Source: a virus
Lineage: Duplodnaviria; Caudoviricetes
IMG/VR virus record: IMGVR_UViG_3300030376_004742
Location: 1-64,000 of that record
Length of the DNA stretch: 64,000 bases
Direction: 5' to 3' (one strand)
The translations under genes were made by a program, and so were the position numbers. This document shows positions 20,164 through 31,258 of this stretch, in pieces. Position 1 is the stretch's first letter; the number at the start of each line of letters is the position of its first letter. The notes beneath the pieces were generated by a model. The model searched no databases, was not told the DNA's origin, and saw only the letters and a list, made by a program, of their open reading frames with translations.

Positions 20164-21390
20164 TTATGATACAGCTAAATCACCAGTTGCAGATCCAAGG
20201 CAAAGTACCTCTAATACGTCTGTAATATCGTCAGCAGTACCGGCGATAGCGTAGTTAGGTGCAGTTGCAGGAATAGCTAAAGTAAATTCTTTAGATATTG
20301 GTCCGCTTACTATTGATCCTTTATAAGTTTCAACAGTTTTGATATCAATTAGGTCATAAGCTCCAGAAGCTTCTGATCTACGTGTAATCAAGTTAGGCTC
20401 TCCCATTCTGTAGAAATCACCTTCATTACCTTGACAGAACCACTCTAATTCTTTAACTTGTTTCTCAGTACCGTTACCAGCAGAAGCTGCAGTAGCAAGA
20501 ACAGGAACAACAGCTCCAAAGTTCTCAAGAGATACGTCAAAGATATTAGGTGTTAAGTCAGCATGTAATTTACCAGTTACGTGAGATGCAGCAAGACCAG
20601 TGATCTTGATACCGTAAGCAGCAGCTTCAGAATTTGTTTTAGAAACAGCTTCAGCAGCACCTATACCGTATTGTGCAGTAGCTTCGTTAACTTTTGTGTC
20701 TAATGTAATGTTGTTACCAGAAATAGCAACTACTTTGTAAACTGGAGATGAAGTTGCAGTTCCTAATCTAAGAACACCACCTACTTCAAAATCACCAGGT
20801 ACAGAAGCAACAGCTACTTTAGATCCTTTTACTACGTCAGTTGTACCAGTAGTTGATGTACCAGCATTGTTCATAAGTAAAGAAAAGATCGCAAATGGCT
20901 CTGCATCTTTAGATACATTAGCAGTAGCGTCTTTTACAAGACCTGCTGCAACTTCAAATGCCGTAGCACTTGTGTCAGATTTATAGAAAGCATGTTTGAT
21001 GTAAAGTCCACCGTGGTTAGAAACATAACCTTGTCTTAAAGACATACGTAAGTGGTACTCATTATCATTGATTGCTTCTATAGCTCCGTTAGTTCCATCA
21101 TAACCAATTGTAGTTACTTGTTCAGCAGCTGCTGCAGAAACTACACGTTTAGCTGAAGTAACATCAGCTTTAGTGATTATTGGAGATACTAAAGGAACAC
21201 CTCCGTTAGCAGTTTTCTTAACGATAATGAATTTCTCAGCTGTAGCTGCAGAAGATTCAGTTATACGTGTTCCTGCTGGAGTAAAGATACCGATCTCACC
21301 GTCATTCATTGCGTCAATAGCTCCAGTTGTTTTAGTAGCTGCTCCACCGATAAATAACAATTGTAGATCTTTTTGTGAAAATGTACTCAT
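20164..21390 (-). CDS. crAss-like conserved structural protein (auxiliary capsid/gene-73 type)
   Basis: 408 aa Ala/Thr-rich, strong codon bias like the capsid gene; GNGTEKQVKELEWFCQG motif; synteny. Confidence 0.6.
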   Translation of the reverse strand: MSTFSQKDLQLLFIGGAATKTTGAIDAMNDGEIGIFTPAGTRITESSAATAEKFIIVKKTANGGVPLVSPIITKADVTSAKRVVSAAAAEQVTTIGYDGTNGAIEAINDNEYHLRMSLRQGYVSNHGGLYIKHAFYKSDTSATAFEVAAGLVKDATANVSKDAEPFAIFSLLMNNAGTSTTGTTDVVKGSKVAVASVPGDFEVGGVLRLGTATSSPVYKVVAISGNNITLDTKVNEATAQYGIGAAEAVSKTNSEAAAYGIKITGLAASHVTGKLHADLTPNIFDVSLENFGAVVPVLATAASAGNGTEKQVKELEWFCQGNEGDFYRMGEPNLITRRSEASGAYDLIDIKTVETYKGSIVSGPISKEFTLAIPATAPNYAIAGTADDITDVLEVLCLGSATGDLAVS

Positions 21391-21424
21391 TGTTTTGTTT
21401 TTTTGTTTGTTAAACGTTAATTAA

Positions 21425-22135
21425 TTAATTGCCCGTTTGTTGCTCTATTGTTTTAATCTGATACTTTTCAGGATCAGTGATCCCGGTTGCTATCTTAACT
21501 GCTTCGTCAATTATTTGCTTGTGCATAATAGAATTTAACTCACAGTTTAACGGACCTGCCGCGCCATCAACAGTTCCAGACCCAATAACAATTGGGGTCA
21601 AAGTCTTCAAGTATCGTAAATGATACTCTGCTACAGAGAAAGTTGGATCAGTTACAAGCTCGTGCTTATCACCTGAAAAATCTAATCTCCACACATAACT
21701 AGTTATGCTAGGCTTTTTAAATGGATTTTTACGGTTAATAGATAACTCATCATGTGTTATCGGTTTCACCATAAGCCTTTTACCATCTTTACATGAATCA
21801 GTGGAAGATGTTGTAATTTCCTCTGAAATAGCTAACATAAAGTCAGCCGGTAAATCGTAGAAGGTACCGTTTTCTGTGGCACCTGTTTGAGTAGCAGAGG
21901 CAGTATTTATTGTTACTGCCCGTACTAACTCATTTAATTCTTTGCGGCGTATCTCAGTTTCTTCAAAACTTTCCCTATATTTATTTCCTAGGGACCTTAT
22001 ATGTCTGAGTACTACTCGCTCTTGTGCTTTTGTCAGAAAAACACTGATCTCTAAAGATGTGTATCCTGGAGCATCAAAGTTTGTAACTTTATCATAGAGT
22101 ATTAAAAACTCTTGTTCCATTTCAGTGTTTGTCAT
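21425..22135 (-). CDS. Head-tail ring/adaptor protein (crAss-like)
   Basis: 236 aa; EISVFLTKAQ...LNEL and CELNSIMHKQIIDEAV motifs typical of crAss ring proteins. Confidence 0.7.
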   Translation of the reverse strand: MTNTEMEQEFLILYDKVTNFDAPGYTSLEISVFLTKAQERVVLRHIRSLGNKYRESFEETEIRRKELNELVRAVTINTASATQTGATENGTFYDLPADFMLAISEEITTSSTDSCKDGKRLMVKPITHDELSINRKNPFKKPSITSYVWRLDFSGDKHELVTDPTFSVAEYHLRYLKTLTPIVIGSGTVDGAAGPLNCELNSIMHKQIIDEAVKIATGITDPEKYQIKTIEQQTGN

Positions 22136-22141
22136 GATCTA

Positions 22142-22999
22142 TTAATCTTTAGCGTTTTTTATTCTAGCTTTAATAGTAGTTAAAACGTCTTGGTTTGCTT
22201 TATTAGTTAAATAAAGTATTGCGTTATCTAACGTAGGAATATCTCCTTCACCACATAATGCATCACCTCCTGGTAAGTAATACTTTCTTTTATCTTTCAT
22301 TATTGCACCAGCTTCAACACCTTTAGCAATAATTAATTTAAGTTCGTAATTACCTTTATCTTTTGCTGTTGTTAAGAAACCTTCTAAATCATCAGAAATG
22401 ATTTTTTCAATTTCACCAACTAAAAATTCAATTTTAGATACAGAAGAAACTTTCTTTCCGTATACTTTTAAGAAGTCTAACATTGCTTGTTTATCATCTT
22501 CAATCTTACCTAAGAATTTATAAGCTTCAATACGTTGGTTAGCTTTAGATGCAGTAGCTTTAATCTCTGCGTTCTCTGCTACAATAACATATTTATAAGT
22601 TGCTTTCTTAGTAGATGCTGCTAATGATGGTGCAACATATTGTTTATTAGCTCTTAATATTATGTACTCTAAGTACTGTTTTGGGTTAGATAAATCTATT
22701 CTTTTATCTGATTTACCCAATGATACACTAGCTGTATGAAAGTAGTTCTTTTCATTTCTGTGGTAGTTAAGATCTAAATCTAGTTCTTTTTCTAACCATA
22801 GTTTTTCTGCTGTACTTTCAAAAGGGTTGTGTAAATTCCCTTGTCTGTCTACAGGTACTAGATAATCTCTAGTAGATGTACCGAATAAATTATAAGCTTC
22901 ATGTGCTGGGTCAGTAATCAAAGAATTAACTCCCTTAGCTATTAATTTAATACGAACTTTCCCTGATGGTGTTACCCATTTTTTTGCCTCGTTACTCAT
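22142..22999 (-). CDS. crAss-like conserved protein downstream of the major capsid gene
   Basis: 285 aa; conserved position after MCP; LDLSNP..YL.Y..L motif. Confidence 0.65.
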   Translation of the reverse strand: MSNEAKKWVTPSGKVRIKLIAKGVNSLITDPAHEAYNLFGTSTRDYLVPVDRQGNLHNPFESTAEKLWLEKELDLDLNYHRNEKNYFHTASVSLGKSDKRIDLSNPKQYLEYIILRANKQYVAPSLAASTKKATYKYVIVAENAEIKATASKANQRIEAYKFLGKIEDDKQAMLDFLKVYGKKVSSVSKIEFLVGEIEKIISDDLEGFLTTAKDKGNYELKLIIAKGVEAGAIMKDKRKYYLPGGDALCGEGDIPTLDNAILYLTNKANQDVLTTIKARIKNAKD

Positions 23000-23030
23000 T
23001 CTCTATATTTAATTTAATTGTTTACTTTTA

Positions 23031-23038
23031 CAAATATA
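23031..23038 (-). promoter_or_regulatory. -7 box TATATTTG
   Basis: ttacaaatata, 32 nt upstream of ATG 22999. Confidence 0.65.
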
Positions 23039-23040
23039 CG

Positions 23041-23074
23041 AAAAAAAGAGCCACCAACCTAATGATGGCCCTTA
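23041..23074 (-). terminator. Intrinsic terminator after the major capsid gene
   Basis: AAGGGCCAUCA-loop-UGGUGGCUCUU-UUUUU. Confidence 0.8.
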
Positions 23075-23116
23075 TTTTTTTCATATTATTTAAAATAATA
23101 ATAAATATTATTCTAA

Positions 23117-24595
23117 TTATACTGCTTGCATGTTATGGATAAAGCTTGCAGTTCTAGATGGATCACGAACTATCGCTGCTCCACAGTAGTACTTATGCTC
23201 TTCCCACGCATCCTCAGCTGTTCCTATTGCAGAAACTGCACCATCAGGAGAGAAAGGATTTCTTAAACCTGCGATGTATTTGTGGATGATTGGTTGTCCT
23301 TTAACACCAACTTTTTGGATGTTTGGAGCACCTTCAGATGTACCGATATCAAGGATATCATATCTGTAAGATTCTACAACACCTCCATTTGGATGTAACA
23401 TTTTGTTACGGTTTCTGTCATCGTACATAGAGTCAACAGATAAATTCACTTGCGTGTTATTTGGTCCTCTAAATTCTACGAATTGTCCTCCGTAACCTAA
23501 TTCCATTTTAGAAATACCAGACTTAGTAGTATACATTCTGTCTGTATTTAAAAGTGGAGTGAATAATTGAGAAAATTTCTCTAATGATTTGTGGAATTCA
23601 TAAGCACCACGCTCACCAGTTCTCAATACAAAACCTCTTTGGTCTGTTTTTAGTTTTCCTTCTGAAAGATCTAATAATCTAGAAGCTAATGATTCTATAG
23701 AGAATACATTGTAGAAACTAGAGTTAGCTGCTTCCATTTGTTGACGGATACCAGCACCTTCAGTAATCTTGTAACCAGACTTACCAGAAATTGAGTAATT
23801 TCCTTCAGCAGTCTTGTTAGATGTACCAAACATGTGTAGTTTGTTGATATCTTCACGGAATGCATTGTCAAACATGAAAGACTCATAGTGTTGCCAGAAT
23901 TTAACAATTTTCCCATCTTCACCTTTGAAGAAAGATCCCATTTTACGGTTACTTAAGTTACCAGGAGTTTTCTTTTGGATACGGATTTGAGAGAAAGAGT
24001 TTCTCATTGAGATATGAGATTTAAATTTGATCTCACGTCCTTTTCTAGACATTGTTCTTTCTACTGGAGAAAATTCACCTGAGAACTTCTTACCAGCTAC
24101 AGCTTCTTCATAAGGAAGAGACATAGTTGGATCACCAGAATCCATTCTACAAGTATAAACCCAGTTCATACCTTCACGTACAGGCTCTTCAATGATTAAT
24201 ACAGGATAAACTTCATTAAGTTCACCTACTATTCTTTCTGTATCAGAGAACCAGTTTTTAGGGAATACTAATTCAAAAGTAGTTCCGTTTTTCCCTGGCT
24301 CGTCAGCTGCAGTAATAGGAGTTCCGTCTATACGACATTCTACTAATTCACAGTTATCTAAACCTTGAGATTGTAACTCCCATGTAAAGTCATCATCAGT
24401 ATCAAACTCTAACGTTGGGAAAGAAGCAAGAACACTGTCAATGTTATTACCGAAGTAATTTTGTTGTACTGTCATTATCATGTCAGATACTTTCTGTGGA
24501 GCTGCTGACCAAATTGCACCTAAGTGATTTTCAGTAGTCAAACCTTTCCATGACGTCGCATCTGTCATTTGTAATGGAGATAATTTTGTTGCCAT
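23117..24595 (-). CDS. Major capsid protein (crAss-like HK97 fold)
   Basis: 492 aa; GLTTENHLG start, GAGIRQQM, FVLRTGERG, VDSMYDD motifs; optimised codons; follows portal and scaffold; strong terminator downstream. Confidence 0.9.
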   Translation of the reverse strand: MATKLSPLQMTDATSWKGLTTENHLGAIWSAAPQKVSDMIMTVQQNYFGNNIDSVLASFPTLEFDTDDDFTWELQSQGLDNCELVECRIDGTPITAADEPGKNGTTFELVFPKNWFSDTERIVGELNEVYPVLIIEEPVREGMNWVYTCRMDSGDPTMSLPYEEAVAGKKFSGEFSPVERTMSRKGREIKFKSHISMRNSFSQIRIQKKTPGNLSNRKMGSFFKGEDGKIVKFWQHYESFMFDNAFREDINKLHMFGTSNKTAEGNYSISGKSGYKITEGAGIRQQMEAANSSFYNVFSIESLASRLLDLSEGKLKTDQRGFVLRTGERGAYEFHKSLEKFSQLFTPLLNTDRMYTTKSGISKMELGYGGQFVEFRGPNNTQVNLSVDSMYDDRNRNKMLHPNGGVVESYRYDILDIGTSEGAPNIQKVGVKGQPIIHKYIAGLRNPFSPDGAVSAIGTAEDAWEEHKYYCGAAIVRDPSRTASFIHNMQAV

Positions 24596-24618
24596 TATTT
24601 GTTTTTTTTAAATTAAGA

Positions 24619-25785
24619 TTATAGCTTTAGGTTGTCTAAAGCGTTTTTCATGTCAAGTTGCGATGTACTAACTACGCCGCCATCTTTCATGCTACCACCA
24701 GTTATAATTCCTTGTTGAGCTAATTGCTTTTCAAGTTTTTTTGCTGCACTTGTTTTCGCAGTTTTAGTAAACTTTGAAAAGTCAGTGAAGCCTTTGGTAA
24801 CAACATCAAGTGCGTGTAATCTCATCTTATACTCAAGGTCATTAGCGTATTTCTCCATAACTGAGTTTAGAGCAGTATCTTCAGTGACTTTAGTTGGCGT
24901 AGTCATAGAAGCAAATATCTTCTCTCTCTGTTTTGAGTTTACTTTAAGACCCGGTATAACCTCAGAAGTCTCAAGCACGGTTGATTTTAAATTAGCTAAC
25001 GCTTCTTGCGCTGCTTTTTCATTATCAATGATTGCTTGCTTTCTGGTAGTTATTTCTTTCTCAATTTTACTGTTTTCGTAGGCAACTAGGGCGTTTCTTG
25101 CGTCCACAGCATCCTCTTGAAAGGAATCTCCTTTTGTAGCTAATGAAGCATACTTTTCTGCTTTAGCAGCATCAAAGCCTTTTATCAAAAAGCTACGCTT
25201 AATTAATTCTTTACCTAACTCAGGTCTAGAAATAATGTGTTGGTCAGTAATTTTTTCATACTGGTCTGCATTACTTTTAGTTGTTGCATAAGTTTCATGC
25301 GGTACACCTAGTTCTAATGCTTCTAAATATTCTTTTTGAGTTTCTGATAAATTAGAGAACTCATTAGCCTTAAGCTGTTTTTCAAACATAACTAATAAAG
25401 AGTCAGCATCTGTAATAGATTCTAAGTCTTCATCAGTTATATCTATAAAGGATCCAGCCTCTTTCAGGGCTGAGGCTAGGGAAGTAAACGTATTCTGAGA
25501 AGAGGAAGTAGCCACTGTTTTATCAGCTGAATCCTTTTTAGAAATATTTTCTGTTCCTTCTTCTTCCGTTGTACTTTCCGGAGTATTATCAATTGCACCA
25601 GCTTCTGCTAAAAGGTCTAAATCAATACCGTCTGCATCTGCAGTAGGTAATTTAGCGTCTTCGCTATCTGGTGTTTCTTCTTTTTCGTTTGTGCCTGCTT
25701 TCTCATCTATCTCACCTGCAACTCCTTCTATAATTGCAGATTCTGAATTAGCTAGGTCTTCCAAGTCTATGCCATCAAATTCCAT
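24619..25785 (-). CDS. Capsid scaffolding-like protein
   Basis: 388 aa, very acidic N-terminus, helical; sits between portal and MCP. Confidence 0.6.
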   Translation of the reverse strand: MEFDGIDLEDLANSESAIIEGVAGEIDEKAGTNEKEETPDSEDAKLPTADADGIDLDLLAEAGAIDNTPESTTEEEGTENISKKDSADKTVATSSSQNTFTSLASALKEAGSFIDITDEDLESITDADSLLVMFEKQLKANEFSNLSETQKEYLEALELGVPHETYATTKSNADQYEKITDQHIISRPELGKELIKRSFLIKGFDAAKAEKYASLATKGDSFQEDAVDARNALVAYENSKIEKEITTRKQAIIDNEKAAQEALANLKSTVLETSEVIPGLKVNSKQREKIFASMTTPTKVTEDTALNSVMEKYANDLEYKMRLHALDVVTKGFTDFSKFTKTAKTSAAKKLEKQLAQQGIITGGSMKDGGVVSTSQLDMKNALDNLKL

Positions 25786-25819
25786 CTTCTATTTAAATTT
25801 TGGTGTTTACTATATATTA

Positions 25820-25827
25820 CAAAGATA
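25820..25827 (-). promoter_or_regulatory. -7 box TATCTTTG for the scaffold-MCP unit
   Basis: ttacaaagata, 35 nt upstream of ATG 25785. Confidence 0.7.
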
Positions 25828-25924
25828 ATATATTTATTTTGATTATTCCTAATAAATTACGTAATGTAATCTTTTTTATTACAAAAGTGATAGCTAAAAT
25901 TAACTATCACTCCTGTATTTGTTT

Positions 25925-28333
25925 CTATTTCTTACTCTTAGCTTTAGCTTTAATTTTCTCATTTGCCTTATTTGACCGTTTTTTCTCAGCCAATTCTTTT
26001 TCTTTAAGGTTATGAGCTAACTTAATTTTATCTGCTTCTAACTTTAACTTTTCTAGTTCATTCTTAGATCCTTGATCAAAGTAACCTTCTTTATAGTAAC
26101 GTCCATCTTTATTATCTTGACGCATACGTTCTATATCTTTTTTAGTATCGTTATTAGCTTCATTAGTAGCATCTTTTCTATCCCATTCTTCACGTTGGAA
26201 TTCTCTAGCTGCTTCTGCTTGCTTAGCCATTGCTATATTTTGTTCACGTTGCATTTCTTGTTGACGTTCTTGATTCTTTTGTTCTCTTTCCATTTTCTCA
26301 CGTTCTGCTCTTTCAAGTTTTCTACGTATAGAAGCAGTAGAAGATGTAGAATAAATGTCTAACAATTGAGAGAAGTTTACTGCACCAGTCTGAATACCAG
26401 CGTGTGCAAGACTTTTCATTGTTTGTAAAATCTCATGAGAGTTTCTACCGTTAGTTATTTGCAACCCAAACTCTGATTCTCTAAATTGTTCAACATCAAT
26501 ATCAAACATTATAGTAGAACCATCATCTAGTACATGTTGTACTTTTTTATTTGTTTTATCTCTCCACGCATGTTTAGCAGTTTCAAGTAATATATTTAAT
26601 GCACGTAATTTTGTTTCTTCATGCTCTAAGAACCAATATTCAGTAATATGAGAAGACTGTGTCATTTCTCTTTCTGTATTACCTACAGATTGTCTACTGT
26701 GTATTTGTCCTTGTCTAGCTGATGATACACCTGCAATTTCTCCAAGTTCTTGTTTAATGAAGTTCATCATATTCATATAAAGCTGAATAGTGTTACCCAT
26801 CTCTAAGTCAATTACTGGAGCACTAGCATTCATTGTTCCAGCCATTTTACCTTGAGATGCACCTTTATTTCCTTCTTTAAATGAATCATAAAATGCTACG
26901 TTCATTCCTTGTGCAAAGCTCATCCATTTATCAACTTTCCAGTTTTCAGGAATACTTGCCATATCAATACGCATAATCTTACCATAATTCTTTGCAATAG
27001 ATAACTCAGTATTATAAGCTAATACATTGTATAAATATTGATATGGTTTCATACGGTCCATAAGAGAAACTCCTCGGTTGTCATTAGTATTATAGATTGT
27101 ACCTACAATACCAGGGTGACATTTACTAGGATTTTCCATTGATCTAAACTGAATTGGTTTTGGTCTCATACGTACGTATATAGCTTGGTCATCACCTTCC
27201 CCGATGTTTCCACCTAGTTTAGTTCCTTCCCACCATTCGTTTATCCAAAGGATAGTTTCTTCTTCACCTGCGTCTTTATTAATTTTATATGACTCATCAA
27301 ATATATCATATTGTTCGTCACCGTTTTCATCATAATATTTTACTTTCTTAACTTTACGTAAAGATTTCCAAAATACTTGAGTTACTCTAATATTACCACT
27401 ATCATCAAATTGTGATCCATATCCTACATCGTTAGCCAATGTACTCATTAGAACACCATCGTTATTTGCTATAGGTAAATCTGGTTTATTACCAATATGT
27501 AATCCTTTGTTTTCTGTCTCATTAGTAGTAAAGCCGCTTTCAATTCTTGCAACTTCTGTTGGTGTTAAATACTCATGAAACTCATCAATAATTTGTCCCG
27601 GTGAGTTATAACCTACTAATGCAATAATATCTGAATCTTCTATTCTGTTAGATTCTCCAGACCTTACTGTATGAACATTTTTAGGATTTCTTCTTCTTAT
27701 AATAGGTTCACCTGCAATAATATCTGCTTGGTAAACTTCTTCTGCACCAATCAAAGCATCTTTAAATCCTTGAGAAAACATATGATCTAATCTCAAGTCT
27801 TTGTCTAAATACTCTAATATCTGTGTTGCTGTACGTTCTCTTAAATCTTGATACTCGTAATCACTCCACTGTTGGAATTTTCCTAATTCCTCTTTCATCT
27901 TTTCTTCACTGATTGACTTATTAGAGATATGAGCAGTCATAAGTGCTGTAAACTTTTCTAATAATTCTTCCTCTTTTGCAGAGATAGCATCATCATTAAG
28001 TACTCTTACTTTCCAGTCAAATTTTCTACTAATAGCTTCACCTACTAAAAGATCAATTTTTGGATTACATATAGGATAATTTTGCATCTTTGCTGGTGCT
28101 ACCATTCCTGGTGTCATCATAGGATTACATATTTTTTCTACATCATCTTGATCTAGGATATCAGAATAAAGATCGTAATTGATTCTTTTATTTCTGTAAG
28201 AAGATCGGACACCGTCATCTGCAAATAGAGCTAATTGCTCAGCTCCATTTACACATTTCTTTCTCCAATCTTTATTCTTTTGAGCTTTACTCTTCTTTTG
28301 TGAAGGAAACTCTGCGTCTGTATATATACTCAT
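25925..28333 (-). CDS. Portal protein
   Basis: 802 aa; FPSQK start, NYPICNPKIDLLVGE, GVSSARQGQI, C-terminal coiled-coil barrel; follows terminase. Confidence 0.9.
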   Translation of the reverse strand: MSIYTDAEFPSQKKSKAQKNKDWRKKCVNGAEQLALFADDGVRSSYRNKRINYDLYSDILDQDDVEKICNPMMTPGMVAPAKMQNYPICNPKIDLLVGEAISRKFDWKVRVLNDDAISAKEEELLEKFTALMTAHISNKSISEEKMKEELGKFQQWSDYEYQDLRERTATQILEYLDKDLRLDHMFSQGFKDALIGAEEVYQADIIAGEPIIRRRNPKNVHTVRSGESNRIEDSDIIALVGYNSPGQIIDEFHEYLTPTEVARIESGFTTNETENKGLHIGNKPDLPIANNDGVLMSTLANDVGYGSQFDDSGNIRVTQVFWKSLRKVKKVKYYDENGDEQYDIFDESYKINKDAGEEETILWINEWWEGTKLGGNIGEGDDQAIYVRMRPKPIQFRSMENPSKCHPGIVGTIYNTNDNRGVSLMDRMKPYQYLYNVLAYNTELSIAKNYGKIMRIDMASIPENWKVDKWMSFAQGMNVAFYDSFKEGNKGASQGKMAGTMNASAPVIDLEMGNTIQLYMNMMNFIKQELGEIAGVSSARQGQIHSRQSVGNTEREMTQSSHITEYWFLEHEETKLRALNILLETAKHAWRDKTNKKVQHVLDDGSTIMFDIDVEQFRESEFGLQITNGRNSHEILQTMKSLAHAGIQTGAVNFSQLLDIYSTSSTASIRRKLERAEREKMEREQKNQERQQEMQREQNIAMAKQAEAAREFQREEWDRKDATNEANNDTKKDIERMRQDNKDGRYYKEGYFDQGSKNELEKLKLEADKIKLAHNLKEKELAEKKRSNKANEKIKAKAKSKK

Positions 28334-28350
28334 TTTTTTAGATTGTCTTA

Positions 28351-28358
28351 CAAAGATA
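28351..28358 (-). promoter_or_regulatory. -7 box TATCTTTG for portal
   Basis: ttacaaagata, 18 nt upstream of the portal ATG. Confidence 0.65.
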
Positions 28359-28370
28359 CATAATTAATTT

Positions 28371-30671
28371 TTAGAATCCAAAGCCTTTTTGAATTCTTTG
28401 TTCATAATTTCTGGAAAAGAAGTCATCGTCTAATAATGTTGCTATTTTTTGACGTTGTTTTCTTTCCACAAACTTTACTCTTTCTTCTTTTAATATCATA
28501 ACCATAATCATCGCAGAAACTCTATCAAAGTTTCCTTCTGTATTAAAGTTCATTAACTCACGGATTAAACCTTCATTTCTGATTTTATGTAAATTTAATA
28601 TTTCACTATCTTCTGCTTCTCCATATGCTGGAGTTAATAACCAGTCTAATATTAATCTTAATCCATAAGCATTAATTGGTTTAGATGCATATGTACCTTT
28701 TCTCTTATTACCTACTTTAGATATTGTTATATCTGCAACATCTCTAAGAGACTCAGGAGTATCACATAATAAATGTGTACTATTTTTCTGATCGTAATAT
28801 GTGTATAAACCTTTTTTATTCTGCTCGTAGTTATGTATAGCTCCGTAAAAGATATTTAGTTTTCTACATATTTCATAAAAATCTTTTGTACCTCTACGGC
28901 CTGTATACTCTGCTACAATTCTTTCTGTCCATGTATCCATTATAAATGTAGATCCTAATGATGTTGTTTTAGATTCATCATCATCATAGGTATCGGTACC
29001 TTGTATATAACGGTTAGTAATTACTTTACCATTATTATCTTTTTTAGGCATTTCTATAATTTCAATAATACCTGGACGTTCTTTGTTATTATCTATTGGG
29101 TATTGTCTTTCTAGTTTTTGTGCTGAGGTTTGTGTCCACTTTAACTGACCTTTATCATCCCATACTAATTCTCCATGATAATGAGCATTCTCATATTCAT
29201 GAGGTTTAGATGTTATCTCTGCTAATCTTGCTTTTAGTTCCGGTTGTGGAAACATAGCTCCTTTTGCATTCAAAAACATTTCTGATGGTACAATAGGGTA
29301 GTTCATCATTTCTAGAGATAAAGCTGATGAATCTTTAGATCTACGTTTTTCTGCACGTCTAGCCTCAATAAATTCCATTGCTGCTGCGACATCTGTATTA
29401 CCGTTCTTATCTTTAAAATCATTCATACCATAATATGCAGGTACAAACCAACCTATCTCTCCAGATTGTTCCCATAAATCAGGAAAGGCTAATGCCTCAA
29501 ATCCTTTTGGGTTTCTGAACATAATCTCACCTTCTTGTATTTTCTCAACGTTACCACCTGTACCAATCCAAATACCTGTACCAAATTTCCATGGATAATC
29601 CATCATGGTGGCTGTATTAGAACCGTGGACTGTAAGTGAGTTACCTAAAAGACCCCACTCCTCTACTACTGCTAGGGCATAACGACCACCAGCTGCAGCT
29701 TCAGGATTCTCTGAAGTATAAACTCCATGTTTAATATTAGAACCAGAACCATACATTTTCCAAGAACCTCCTAATTTCTTTTCATAAGAATTAGCCCACG
29801 GTTTCTTCATGTTGTTTGGTTGTAATCCCCCACTCATTGTTTTTGCTAAAGGTGAAGGTGTATATGCTTCTCCTTCTTCCCAAGAACCCGGTAATGTTTC
29901 CATGCCTTGTCTTGTTTTAGCTAACAAATCTGAAGACTTTGCAGAGATTGCTGCTCCTACAAAGATTTCTACCTTTGATGGATTCTTTCTTGATTCTTCT
30001 GTATATGCTTTTGCACCATCAGTAATTAGCTCATGTAGAATTGCTCCTACACCTACACTAAATGATTTACCAATACCACGACAAGCAAACCAAAAGAAAT
30101 CTTGTGCCATATTCTCATACAAAGGCATTCCTAATGGTTTATTATGTAATTCTCGTAGATATTCTCTAGGATTAATATATTCTTTAAGCTCTCCTTTAGA
30201 ATTAAAACAGCTCTTATCATATTGTCCTGTAAAGTTTTTATCTATAAGTTCTCTATTACAAGTATAAACTTCATCATCCTCAAACCCAGAAAATCCCCTA
30301 GCTTCTAGGAGATTATAAAATAACTCCCAATCAATATCCCTTAATAGTGGGCGTATCTTTTTCTTAGGAGATGATTTAGGTGCACCTTCTGGACGGTGTA
30401 ATATAATACCAAAGTTAACATAAAAATAAAGGTTACCAGGCATAAATCTCCAGTTACCTTTAAGTTTACGTTCTTCTTTAGATAAATCTTCATCTACGTT
30501 AATAGTTACATCAGCATTATCTTGAGACCAATAACCTTCAACTATACGTTTCTTATGTCTTTTCCAATACTTTACATAACCTAATGATTGGGGATGTAAA
30601 GCTGGAACTTCACTAATAAGAAAATTATTTCTATTTCTTATTTTTATGAAATGGTCTACTACTATACTCAT
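28371..30671 (-). CDS. terL: Terminase large subunit
   Basis: 766 aa; Walker A ACRGIGKS, Walker B AVVEE, IGTGG coupling motif, RNase H-like nuclease GTDTYD...NFDRVSA. Confidence 0.92.
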   Translation of the reverse strand: MSIVVDHFIKIRNRNNFLISEVPALHPQSLGYVKYWKRHKKRIVEGYWSQDNADVTINVDEDLSKEERKLKGNWRFMPGNLYFYVNFGIILHRPEGAPKSSPKKKIRPLLRDIDWELFYNLLEARGFSGFEDDEVYTCNRELIDKNFTGQYDKSCFNSKGELKEYINPREYLRELHNKPLGMPLYENMAQDFFWFACRGIGKSFSVGVGAILHELITDGAKAYTEESRKNPSKVEIFVGAAISAKSSDLLAKTRQGMETLPGSWEEGEAYTPSPLAKTMSGGLQPNNMKKPWANSYEKKLGGSWKMYGSGSNIKHGVYTSENPEAAAGGRYALAVVEEWGLLGNSLTVHGSNTATMMDYPWKFGTGIWIGTGGNVEKIQEGEIMFRNPKGFEALAFPDLWEQSGEIGWFVPAYYGMNDFKDKNGNTDVAAAMEFIEARRAEKRRSKDSSALSLEMMNYPIVPSEMFLNAKGAMFPQPELKARLAEITSKPHEYENAHYHGELVWDDKGQLKWTQTSAQKLERQYPIDNNKERPGIIEIIEMPKKDNNGKVITNRYIQGTDTYDDDESKTTSLGSTFIMDTWTERIVAEYTGRRGTKDFYEICRKLNIFYGAIHNYEQNKKGLYTYYDQKNSTHLLCDTPESLRDVADITISKVGNKRKGTYASKPINAYGLRLILDWLLTPAYGEAEDSEILNLHKIRNEGLIRELMNFNTEGNFDRVSAMIMVMILKEERVKFVERKQRQKIATLLDDDFFSRNYEQRIQKGFGF

Positions 30672-31258
30672 TATATCTCGCCTTTATCAGCAGCAGATTC
30701 TAAAGCACCACCTTTCAGTTGTCCTTCTATATCTTCTTTTCCAATCTTCTCTTTAATTTTTTCTAATTCATCAAAGATCTTACCAGAGTCAACCATCATT
30801 TTATCTAGTTGAGCCGCTGTTCCTTTAATAATTTTCCCTGAACTTTCATCATATGAATCTAATGTATAATTAGTTTTATCAATAAAGTCACCTCTTTGAG
30901 ATAACTTCTTTTCATATCTTACTAATTCTTTTTCTGATATTGTTAAACAAAAGTCTTTATAAGCTTCTATTAACCCTACAATCTCTGGGTGATCCCAATT
31001 AAATCCTGGATCAAACCAATCTTCATTTATAATTTTTATTCGTGTAGTGTGAGGTTGTGTTCTTAGTTTATTATCTTCATGTGGATCTATTAGCATAGCT
31101 ATTCCCCACATTAGTTTAGAAGATTCTTTTTTTCCTTTTGTTTTATCTTTCTGATATAGCTTCTTAAAAGCACCAAACTCTTGCACCATAGGGTGAAGAG
31201 TCCAATAATTTTCATTAACAAGCCATGTTTTTGCTAAACTAACCATCTGTTTTATCAA
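30671..31258 (-). CDS. Conserved protein upstream of TerL (terminase small subunit candidate)
   Basis: 195 aa helical; stop overlaps the TerL start. Confidence 0.45.
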   Translation of the reverse strand: MIKQMVSLAKTWLVNENYWTLHPMVQEFGAFKKLYQKDKTKGKKESSKLMWGIAMLIDPHEDNKLRTQPHTTRIKIINEDWFDPGFNWDHPEIVGLIEAYKDFCLTISEKELVRYEKKLSQRGDFIDKTNYTLDSYDESSGKIIKGTAAQLDKMMVDSGKIFDELEKIKEKIGKEDIEGQLKGGALESAADKGEI